Shown here piece after piece: positions 12,434 to 22,933 of a stretch of 64,000 nt of DNA. Made by a program: the position numbers and the translations under genes. The number at the start of each line of letters is the position of its first letter. The first letter of the stretch is position 1. The stretch is taken from positions 51,646,001 through 51,710,000 of the forward strand of contig OX597831.1 in assembly GCA_951406725.2 (NCBI GenBank), written 5' to 3'. The notes under the pieces were generated by a model. It searched no databases. It saw nothing but the letters and a program-made list of their open reading frames with translations, and was not told the DNA's origin. Source of the DNA: Octopus vulgaris (taxonomy: Eukaryota).

Positions 12434-12628
12434 GGTCCCGGGTTGAATCGGGGTTAACCACAGTAAATAAGGTACTCAATACATAGCAGAGTAAATTAAT
12501 TTATTTTATAGAAGGAGCTTCTACAGGACTAGAACTGTTTTATTCAAAAGAAATCATCAGGAAGCCCTGATGATTTCTTTTGAATGAAACAGTTCTAGTC
12601 CTGTAGAAGCTCCTTCTATAAAATAAAT
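12431..12628 (-). mobile_element. Short PLE-like remnant: 63-bp inverted repeat with two hammerhead copies, between (TA)n tracts
   Basis: Arms 12499-12561 and 12566-12628, loop AAGC; CTGATGA-TTTCTTTTGAAT-GAAAC-AG..CT-GTA-GAAGCT motif. Confidence 0.75.
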
Positions 12629-12634
12629 AAATAA

Positions 12635-12702
<68 letters not shown>

Positions 12703-12876
12703 TTAAATATTTGTTGTGCAAGATTATATATATATATATATTTATTTATATGTATATATGTATATATATATATATATATGTATATATATGCATATATATA
12801 TATATATATATATATTTTTATTTATATGTATACATGTATATATATATATATATCTATATATATATTTATATGTATA

Positions 12877-12940
<64 letters not shown>

Positions 12941-13220
12941 GTTATTGTTATTAATATTATTATTATTGTTTTTACGTATTATTTTTGTATTCATATTCGT
13001 GTAACATCGTCCGTTTTTCTGTTTTTGTTTTGTATACATTCGAAGCTTTCTTCCAACAAATCTAATGCGCTTAGCTTAGTTTTTCCTTGTGGCTGGCCAG
13101 ATAGGAGCAATCTCAAGATTAATCAGCCGAAATTGCGAGGATGATCCGGTTCTTGACTGAAGATTGAGGGCTTCGAATGTCCCGTCCGTGTTTTTTGTGT
13201 CGTCATCAAAATGTTTTGCG

Positions 13221-13268
<48 letters not shown>

Positions 13269-13314
13269 AATATATGAAAAACGACAGAAGATATGTTAAA
13301 AAATATATATATTT

Positions 13315-13800
13315 GTGTCACTTAAAAAGATTCTCACAAAGGCAAAATTGTCTTCTAAAATTACGGATGCAAAAGTAAAAAAATGTGGTAGATCGAACTG
13401 TGCAACATGTCCTAACCTATTGGAAGGATCAGAATTCTTCTTTAAAGAGGGACAGAAATTTAAGATCAAATCTAACTTTACTTGTGCCTCTGAAAACATA
13501 ATTTATGTTATTAAATGCTCGGGCTGCCACCAAGACTACGTGGGTTCCACGGGACTATCACTCAGGCGCAGATGCACACTGCATCGACAACAGATTGCAT
13601 TCCCAGAATATAGAATGATACCTTTTAGTGAGCACATTGAGAAATGCGCAAAGCAACTACTGCCACAATTTTTAATCTTCCCATTTTACCAATGTGCTTT
13701 CGGATCATCAACACAAATGAGACTGAACAAGGAAACATTCTTCATTGAAAAGTACAAACCCAGACTCAACCATCCGAACATACTGACACAGAGAAATTAA
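13315..13800 (+). pseudogene. GIY-YIG endonuclease domain of a Penelope-like element (uninterrupted frame, no true ATG, RT missing)
   Basis: 161-codon open frame with IY-x10-YVG plus downstream Arg, Glu and Asn motif residues; begins at the inversion junction. Confidence 0.88.
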
Positions 13801-13931
13801 CAAGGAAAAGGAAAAAAATTTTTAAGCGATTATCTCCCTACACCGGAAAAATCACTCACTACCTCCCTTATTTAGAAATCTCCTGGAAATAAAAACAACG
13901 ATAATTCCATGCAATATAAACATAACGTCAC

Positions 13932-13971
13932 AAGAAATTTGAAAAGCTACACGCGAAACCGGTAATTTCTT
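13932..13971 (+). ncRNA. Minimal type I hammerhead, U3:A8 core variant (predicted)
   Basis: AAGAAAT-TTGAAAA-GC(TACAC)GC-GAAA-CCG-GTA-ATTTCTT: 7-bp stem I, palindromic ACCGGT stem III, GUA triplet; located in the PLE pLTR. Confidence 0.8.
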
Positions 13972-14147
13972 AAAAATTTTTAAATTATGTCATTTTAAGG
14001 AAAAAAAAAAAAAAATTTTTCCAATATTCTCCAGACATTTTGACACAAATATATATATTTTTTAACATTTAAGTCTTCTGTCGTTTTTTCACACTTTACT
14101 ATTTTCTTATATATTCACCCACGTGCTTTACCAAACAAACTTTCTTA

Positions 14148-14197
<50 letters not shown>

Positions 14198-14307
14198 CAT
14201 ATACATACATACATATATTGATAAAAATGGTAAGACAACAAAAGAATGAAAGAGACCTTAGAGGAATTTATCTTAAATGTATTATGTGACAATTATTCGG
14301 TAGCTAT

Positions 14308-14368
14308 GGTAAAACTCCGAGTTTCGGATGCCGGGGTGGAAGTCCACGCCGCTATCTCTTCAGTTATC
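14308..14368 (-). ncRNA. Type I hammerhead in PLE-like remnant 14215-14425 (predicted, somewhat degenerate)
   Basis: Minus strand GATAA-CTGAAGA-GATAGCGGCGTGG(ACTT)CCACCCCGGCATCC-GAAA-CTCGGA-GTT-TTACC; adjacent ~30-bp hairpin 14357-14418. Confidence 0.65.
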
Positions 14369-15565
14369 CGGCCATCGGAAAAAATGTTCATTTTTTCCAA
14401 TGGCCGGATAATTGAAGAAAATCGCTACCCACTACCTATATATATATATATGTATGTATGTGTGTGTGTCTTTTTTTTTTTATCTATGTCTGTCCCTACC
14501 ATCGCTTAACAACCAATGTTGGTGTGTTTACGTCTCAGTAAGTAATCGGTTTGGCAAAAGATACCGACACCATCTGACCAGTCCGTGGTCATCAGTACTT
14601 CATTGTTTTTGCAGATGACATATAGTACACCTAAAGTTTCGCAACATCTTAAAGCATTTGTCTACTCAATATTTATACAAACTGCACATCATGTTTGCTA
14701 AAGATCAGAATATACTTCCCCACACCACCACCAATCTCCAATTTTAATTGTAATTTCTTATGTGTCAACTCATACCAAAGAAATATTTTGTTTTGAGTTG
14801 TCTCTTTTGCCTTTGCTTTGTTTATTTAGACATTGTTCAACGATGTTTACCTCTCCACAAATATCGCTATAGCCTTATTTAATCAAAGTTATCGTATTTG
14901 CCTCATTATGTTAGTTAGTATTTAATTCACAATGCCATTTCAAAAAATCGCTTAGTCAAGAGAGAAAGGCAGTATCCTTGACCTTTTACAACACTTCCAT
15001 GACCAGTGGGTGGAAGGTGTTCTCAAATTGATGACTTGCCTAAATATTTGTAACTAAAGCACTCCGCCAAAAGCACCTCTAGTTGAATAGGTTGAGCCAT
15101 CTAACGTGACTCTGCTCAGAAGGCTTTAATCTCATTTGACAGGAAACGCAGTATAAAGAATATATAAAACAAGGCTGTGACTTTAAATGCCTTTAATGTG
15201 GTCACACATATATACAAGCTGAATGATAAATAAAAATTGGTTTGATGCGTGGAGACCATGGTCTCCTGTGCGTTGCCTCCTATCTGCTTGCTGGCGTATC
15301 GTGTGAGAGAGAGAGCCAACTAGATTACGTCTTCACAGTCTCGCATCCCAATGCAGAAAGAGGAAGAGATGAGTCTCCGAACCTTAATGTTGCGCAATTC
15401 CCTTTATTGCTCAAATAATTAGGCAGCCGTCGTCAAGGGAGGTAACTGCGCCTACAGAGCCTCCCCTTAGACCGTAAGCGATCGATTAAGAGTAGTGTAG
15501 GCGGAGTAGGTGTGTTCTAGGAGGACACAGAAGAACGATCCATGGCAAAACAGTTGTATAAACAA

Positions 15566-15881
15566 TGGAGGCACATGGCCTAGTGGTTAAAGCAGCGGAC
15601 TCGCGGTCAAGGGATTCGCGGGTTCGAATCTCAGACCGGGCGATGTGTGTGTTTATGAGCGAAGCACCTAAGCTCCACGCGGCTCCAGCAGAAGGTAATG
15701 GCGAACTTCTGCTGACTCTTTCGCCACAACTTTCTCTTATTCTTTCCTCCCATATCTTGCAGCTCACCTGCGATGGACTGGTGTCCCGTCCAGGTGGGGA
15801 ACCTATACGCCAAGGAAATTGGGAAACTGGCCCTTATGAGCCAGAGATGGCTCGAGAAGGAAGGAAGGAAGGAAGGAAGGA
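15566..15881 (+). mobile_element. tRNA-derived SINE with (GAAG)n tail and 14-bp TSD
   Basis: A box TGGCCTAGTGG, B box GGTTCGAATCT, core gcgatggactgg.gtcccgtccagg; TSD agttgtat(a/g)aacaa at 15552-15565 and 15882-15895. Confidence 0.9.
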
Positions 15882-15905
15882 AGTTGTATGAACAAGTGAA
15901 ATTGA

Positions 15906-15937
<32 letters not shown>

Positions 15938-16599
15938 TCCAATGCAAGTATGTACAAGGAAAAAGTTCAGCAAAGAAAGGTGTCCAATCAAATAGAACAA
16001 AGCATATATGTACAATGATTCAGAAAGCGAGAAAATGTGAATGCGGTGTCTATAACGAGATATGCCTATTCTCCGAAACAGTTACTGGCGAGGCAAAATT
16101 AAGAAATGTAAATAGTCTTAGACATAAAAAGTCTGACATGCAAACGTGATAACAACTGTCCAGGAAACTGGAAATCACAGAATGCATAAGTCAAAGTGCT
16201 GGAGATGCAATGTTGGCTGCTTAGACACGAGCAGAGCCAAGACTTTGCCTACAAGGGCAGTAAGTGACTTGTAGTGGAAAAAAGGTGTTGTTAGTCTGCA
16301 GGAGCGGTAGGTCACTTGCAGAGGGTGGAGGTATTAGCATGCAGGAGCAATGAGAAAGCAACTAAAATCCTAGAATGTCAGCGTTCCAAACAGCATCGTC
16401 ACGTTTTACCGCGAGAAAAGTGCTGTTGAACTGTTAATTGAAATTTGGCTATCGAGGATCGAATCCGCACCATGGCTGCAAGATCCACTACACACACACA
16501 CACTAGAAGGATTATTGTCTGGTGTTCTATCGCTTATTTCTAGTACAAGATGCATTCCAGAAGTTTGAGACTTTGTCAGGAGAGGCATTTAATAATTTT

Positions 16600-16890
16600 A
16601 AAGAAGTACGAAAACTCTGATCACCTTCAAAGTAAGATCTTCTGATTTAATGCATTGGTTGTAGCGTTCCACCTACTTCGTGAAGGCCTCACAGAAGTCA
16701 TCCAAAATGAAACTGTCCAAGACCCTTGTCACAGCTTCCTTCATAGACTTATATAATCGACTTACTTCCTCTGCCGAAGTTATTAAAATTTGAAACCAGC
16801 ATTCAATGGTATACTTAAAAGATTCTTTGTTGGTGGCTAGGTCTGATATTCGTTTAGTAATATTGTTTGGCAAGCCTTTTAAAACGACTA
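16600..16890 (-). mobile_element. Adjacent fragments: mariner C-terminus (~16600-16760) and Penelope RT-region piece (~16770-16890)
   Basis: Peptides MKEAVTRVLDSFILDDFCEAFTK*.ERYNQCI (mariner-like) and PNNITKRISDLATNKESF (PLE-like). Confidence 0.5.
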
Positions 16891-17078
16891 GAAAACAGCT
16901 GGAGTATTTGTAAATCTATTGTAAGGTCCCGTTCGATTTTCTATATGAGTTGTATTTTTCAGAACCCGAAGAAATTAACAATGCTGATACTGGTACCGAC
17001 GATAATTATTAAAGTTTAGAACGTATCAGTTAGATCTTGTTGAAACCCATCTAGTTAGTGCCCATTTTAATTAAGTAG

Positions 17079-18433
17079 TGTTGTGTAGACTCGGGTGAAA
17101 TTCCTCTCTCCCTTTATTATATAAACGTGCATTCGAACGTCGCAGGGAACAGCTAGCCTGTTGTGTCCACTACTCTGATTGGTTGGTATTTGCGCAATTT
17201 GTCTCTTACCTGATTGCTCCAACTTGCTATGTATAACGAGTCGAAGGCCCTAAATAGGATCACGTGGGACAGCCTGTTCAATATCCTGTCTGAATAAAAA
17301 CTCAGCTTGGATCTTTTCGGTTTGAATGGCAGTTTTTTCTAGCGGTGTCATATGAAATTGTCACCCATAATTATGACCCTAGTATCGATCTATTGCATTT
17401 CAATCAGTTTTAGGGTTAGGGTTAGGGGTGGAAGGATATCTTTTTTTTCTTCACAAATGTAAATAAACCCAATCTGTTTCTTAAACGAAGGACATATTCA
17501 TATGGCACAGAATGTTTTTTTTTTACCTCAATGGACGTCATTGATTGGTTGAAATTGCAGAAATTGAAGAAAAAAAACAACAAATATCTTACAAACTATA
17601 GAATTTTCTCAATAAAGCCAAGAGAAAAAGATGTTTTATAAACACATTCTACCAGTATACGAAGTTTAAAATTTTTAGTTACCTAGAAATTATGTTAAAA
17701 ACTGCCGTTCAAACCGAAAAGATCCTTCAGCTTCTCGTTCCGGAGTCTTTGATTCTAGACCTTTTCAGGTCTAGCCACTGACCGCAAAGACACAGCCAGT
17801 TCCGGCGACAACGCCAGACAACACCACCACAGCTATGTTTTGAGACTTACCAACTTCGTCCAGCAGTATTACCGCAATCTCCTTCTTTGACGCTACCATT
17901 ATGTCCTTCTCAACGTCGTCAACATCATCTATCTTCGTACACAGCGTAGCAAGCAATTCGCCCAAGTTCACCACGGATCAACAGCGAATATACAACCTGC
18001 ATGAACTCCTGTATCAAGTGCCCCAGGCAGCAGCATCACAGCCGTGACTTCACGTATATGTACCTGTAACCGGCTCAATACCATGGCCGCAACTTCTTGA
18101 TACAGTTTTTCAAACACCGTATACTAATGACTACGAACTGGTTATTATTCATCTTTGTTGTGTCTATGAACTTCTCACTTCCATGGCTCATGTACTCTTT
18201 CACTGTTTCCTTCATTGCTATTCTTATATGTTCTTAACATGCGCATACCTTTATGCCTACACGCACACATAGATTTTGTCCTCATGACGGCCAGACTATT
18301 ATTCTGTATACATGACGCATATACAGACACACATGTTATTACATCAATAAATGTTCTCTAACCATTCTCATGCGGTTGTGTCTCTATCATTCTGGCGTTT
18401 ATTTGTTCCATTCAATCTCTCATTATTGTAACA
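17079..18433 (+). mobile_element. Probable solo LTR interrupted by a MITE
   Basis: TGTT...AACA termini, imperfect 4-bp TSD gtag/gtcg, TATAAA near 17120 and AATAAA near 18346; composition differs from flanks. Confidence 0.45.
17309..17725. mobile_element. MITE with ~28-bp TIRs and 8-bp TSD (Merlin-like)
   Basis: GGATCTTTTCGGTTTGAATGGCAGTTTT / AAAACTGCCGTTCAAACCGAAAAGATCC; TSD ctcagctt/ttcagctt; internal short TTAGGG run. Superfamily inferred from GG termini and TSD length. Confidence 0.85.
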
Positions 18434-19807
18434 GTCGCATTGCAGTAGTATAATTAGTCCGTCATCTTTGTAAAGCGCTAGCTGCAGTGGATCAACTGCC
18501 ACTCTGATTCTATCAACTATTCACATAGTGTACCACAGGCATGGCTGGGTGCTTAGGAAGTTTGCTTTGCGATCACGTTGTTTCAGGTTCAGCCCCATTG
18601 CGCAGCCCCTTGGGCAAGTGGGATCTTGGGTTTTCTACTGTGATCACTACTTGTGAGGGAATTTGGTAAGTGCAGAAACTGTGTGGAAGTCCGCAAGCCT
18701 GTGTGTGTGTGTGTTTGCGTTCTCGTGTGTTTCTCTCGCCGTAAATTAGAGGTTCAGCAAAACAAATCGAAGGAATAATTACCAGACTTTAGAAAATAAG
18801 AAAATAAGTACTGGGGTTGATTTGTTCGACTACACCCTTCAAGGTGGTGCCCCAGCTTAGCCACAGTCCAATAACTGAACAAGTAAAAGATTAAGATACC
18901 TTTAACATAATGCTCAGGCCGAATCAGTATGAAACACTGGTCCTTTGAGTTACAGAAAAAGTCCAACTGATTAGTTACCTATCAGTCTCCATTTATCTAA
19001 TTTCAGTCAAGGTTTGGGTTAACCTGAGACACTGGCATAAAACCCAATTTGTCGCGCAGTGAGATCTAATAATTGCAAGCTCAGTCACGTCAGCCCCCAC
19101 CTCCCCCAGTACTAGCAATTAACACAATTCAAACTTTTAAAGCCAAATCATTTAGGAGTGTCTCCTCATTTCTAGAGCAAGTAGGATTGTCCAGAGACAA
19201 TGGGGAAAGACTAGACGAACTCTTTGCTTTTGGGTCAGATGCTGATGCCTAATTAGGGACGTCACCGTTAGAAGCTCTTTTGGTCTATTACACGTTCTTA
19301 ATGCGGAAGTGGAGGCACAAAGTTACTGCGTCCATAGCTGAACGGAATAAGACACTGAAATAGCTCGGTAAATTACATTTTTTCAGACGTGTAACTTTTC
19401 GGTTAAGCAGAGTTACTCAAGGAAGTTTTTGATTTCATTAATGTTCCACTTCACTGAAATATCATGATGCTAAGGAGTGTACTAGGCTGGTCCAGCGCTT
19501 CGGCCGCGCAGTCACCCACAGTTATGCCATGAAAGTTTTGGGTCATCTCAAATTATTTTAGAGAGAAATGTCAGTGTCTCATTGAACGATACATAAATGA
19601 CAGTGTCCATAACTCTTTATGTTTTTTTTTTTTGATAAAAAATTTCCTGGTTTTCTTTACACGTTTTTTTTTCTTCTATATTCATACTTTTTACTTTTGC
19701 AAATTGTATTCATTTTCACTGAATTGTTATTTTTCGGGATTTTTTATTGTAATAGTATTCTCAATCTATATTGAGAATACTATTACAATAAAAAATCTCG
19801 AAAAAAG

Positions 19808-20022
19808 TGGCAAGCTGGCAGAATCGTTAGCGTGCCGAGCAAAATGCTTAGCGGCATTTCGTCCGTCCTTACGTTCTGAGTTCAAATACAGCCGGAGTCA
19901 ACTTTGCCATTAATTCTTTCGTGGTTGATAAAATAAGTACCAGTTAAAACACTGGAATCGATTTAATCAACTCAGCAGCTCCCCAAAACATGTTGGCCTT
20001 GTGCCAAAATTTGAAACCAATA
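19808..20022 (+). mobile_element. tRNA-derived SINE with Nin/Deu-like core
   Basis: ctggcagaatcgttagc head, ttctgagttcaaat B box, gataaaataagtaccagtt core, gccttgtgccaaaatttgaaac end. Confidence 0.8.
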
Positions 20023-20545
20023 TTCGCAATACGGACAATTTGGAAACACTTCAATTCGCATTCCTTGACTCTTGGGAAAAGCATGAAAGTCAAGCAATCT
20101 CTTATTGCTTGCAACATAGGTCTGAGTTCTTAAGTTTAAATAAAAAGATAAAATCCTTAATTAGGATTAGATATATACTTTTTAAAATCTAAAATTTAAA
20201 ACTTAGTACTAGTCTAAAATTAAATACCCACCACAACCTTCGCATAAAATTTATTCTGAATTATCTCCCTTAATAACAAGCGTCAATCGATTTGTACGAA
20301 AATAACTACCGAATAACTGTTTTAATAGAAATTAGATTTAAAGATAACAATTTAAATTTCCAATAGAGATCATAAAAATTTATGACTTAACTAGTTTTTG
20401 AATTATTACTGGTTGCTTGCGTTAATATTTACAGATATATATTGCTTAAACCGATGAGTTACTACGAAACTATTAAAAGTAATAAATCTGTCTGGACCAT
20501 CCATTTCCTTACGAGACGAGATTGGCAAAATATTCGACCCCGGTT

Positions 20546-20573
20546 ATGCTGGCAGTAAGGACTTTAAGATCTG
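20546..20573 (+). CDS. ATP5PB: ATP synthase F0 subunit b, coding exon 1 (MLAVRTLRS; start of mitochondrial presequence)
   Basis: ATG followed by an Arg/Leu/Ser-rich peptide and strong donor G|GTGAGT; 28 nt, phase 1, in frame with downstream exons. Confidence 0.75.
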
Positions 20574-22680
20574 GTGAGTATGTGAACACAATGACTCGTA
20601 CATGCATCTAACTGTAATTTATCAAATGGTTCTACTATATAAGATTTGCGATATAAACCTGGTGAGAAAGACATCAGTTGTTCTTAAGTAACGTTATTGA
20701 CCTTGACAGCTAATTTCTCTTCACTCGTCCTCCCTCATGTGCACGAATATATATATACTGTATAGATATGTATACGTCTCAATGTTATATTGTATTTAGT
20801 ATTATATATATATATATATTCTACCAGCCATTATATTAGAATGTCCTTGTTGATCATGTCTGCTTGCTTTTGTAACTAGATTGATTTATTAAAAAATTAC
20901 ACACAGGCCGTTTTTATTTTGCGATTTCTGATACCCTTCTACATATCTCAAAATTAATCGAGCAATCATCTTCTATTATAATACTATAGTCTAGCAATTA
21001 TGTGAGACGGGTTTAAAAAATGCCCTTAGATGCTGTCTTTCCTCTTTTGCACTTTTAAAGTGCACTGAAATATATAAACACACCGTATCCACACACACAC
21101 GTAACGTGTATTATACATATGTAAAGCCGAAAGAATGCCTATGTTTATTACTAGTTATTATATCAGAATACCCTTGTTGATATGTACCTCATAGCATGTT
21201 TTGTTGTAATCAAAAGTTACACGTATGGAATTTTTTATTCTGTGATTTTTGTTCCTTTATCCTCTTCAATGTCAACCGCAGTTCTCTTAATACGTTTGAA
21301 CTCTACGTTCAGGACATTGTTATTCTGAGAGTAAAAATAATTTAATATCTAGGACGGGATTTTCATCCGTCAATTATCATTGAAGCTGAGGTTTCATACC
21401 GATGTATATTTTTAAAATAATTGTTTATACTGATAGATTAAAAAAAAATCCTGTGTATAGAGTTATTTTGTATTTTTATTTCTATGTCGGCTTTCTTTAT
21501 GCTAGAATGAACTTACTCTTCCATCCGCTCATCACCTTCGAAGTTACGTCCTACTTACTGCTAACGAATGTATGAGAGAGGGGATGAGGGTAAAGAAACT
21601 CCCCTCACCTCTACTGCTTTAATCTACAGGTCACAATAGACAAGTAATTTATTTCAGAGTGTGCAGTTAATGATATGAAGGGTTATCACATTAAATTCAC
21701 GAAATATTGCGGATTATGTAAGAAAGTAGCCCCAAAATTATATTTTGCTCTTGTTAATGACATATGTACATACATACATACATGCGTGCATATATACGTA
21801 CGCAAGTACAATGATTGCTTGTAGGTCGGTTCAAATGATAATTTAATATGATATTCAATTGGATTTTTGCCTTTTGAAAATGAAAAATTTTAAGTAGCAA
21901 AAGTCCAAATTAAATTAGGAAAAAAAGCAAAAAAAAAAAGCGTGCAACACTGAAAGGTAGCGTAAATTGGCAATTGTAGCTCAGTCTAGCAACGTTCATG
22001 ATATTTATGCACCTCTTTATTTTATTTAACGATATCTTTCTAAATATGCTTAAGACCTTTAATTTATTAATATCAGCAATGAGTTTATGTGATGTTCATG
22101 CCTTTATTATTTTCTCAAGGACATTAGGTGACCTGGAGTGAAACGGTTGGCAGCAAGAGTTTTTACTTTCTATGACCCTTTTTTAATACACAAATGGAGG
22201 ATCACCTAATGATCGTAAGCGTTCCAGCCACAACCACTCTATCATTGTTACATCAAAGACAGATCACATTATCCGAAGTGTACTATGTATATATATATAT
22301 ATGGTCGATAAGATTTACACCGGTACATTAGAAGCTAAAACGAATTTGATGAATCCTGGACTGCTGATATAAGACTAAATCGAACTCAGTGATTCAATTC
22401 ACTATACTCATCTCCTATAGAGTTGTTCCTTATGCCATTTCACAAAATCACATTTAAAGACAGAATACTTTATTTTATATAGTTGTACAAAAAAGATATT
22501 GTTAAAGAAAGGTTGGTCTTTGGTCTTTTTCGACTATAAAAAAACCCAAAAAACCCCCCAAAACCCTGCTTATTTTTAAATAATTAAAAACCATTAATCA
22601 AGACTTTGGAGGAATTCAATAAAATAATTGGCTTATTTATTATTGAGTGCGGGTGTGTGTGTGTGTGTATATATATATAT

Positions 22681-22933
22681 AAATTATAATTTACGGTATC
22701 TGAGAGATATCACCACGTTGAAAATAGCAGTCAAAACCTGACTCTAAAGCCACATTAAATGTTCATATAGCACTAGGAGAGAAGACAAAGAGACAAAATA
22801 AACTAGCAAAGTTTATTTTGTCTCTTTGTCTTCTCTCCTAGTGCTATATGAACATTTAATGTGGCTTTAGAGTCAGGTTTTGACTGCTATTTTCAACGTG
22901 GTGATATCTCTCAGATACCGTAAATTATAATTT
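22681..22933. repeat. Perfect 124-bp-arm inverted repeat (5-nt loop) in ATP5PB intron 1
   Basis: 22681-22804 is the exact reverse complement of 22810-22933 by manual comparison; preceded by (TG)n(TA)n and followed by a short tail and (TA)n. Confidence 0.95.

Larger units (their letters stand above)
13262..14150 (+). mobile_element. 5'-truncated Penelope-like retroelement (Neptune-type) with GIY-YIG endonuclease, 3' pLTR and inverted partial pLTR
   Basis: ORF 13315-13800 has C-x4-C-x2-C, FTC.S.N.IY.I.C..C...YVG.T...LR.R..LHR and E.FFI.KYKP.LN motifs; 13277-13320 is the reverse complement of 14041-14090; (TA)n on both sides. Confidence 0.9.

Noticed and set aside
12711-13144. Long IY/YI, CV and HT repeat ORFs (also 40436-41157, 52216-52667, 53759-54114, 59357-59840)
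   Set aside because: Translations of (TA)n/(CA)n microsatellites that lack stop codons; no coding evidence.
17409-17430. TTAGGG repeats as an interstitial telomere
   Set aside because: Only about three units and internal to a MITE.
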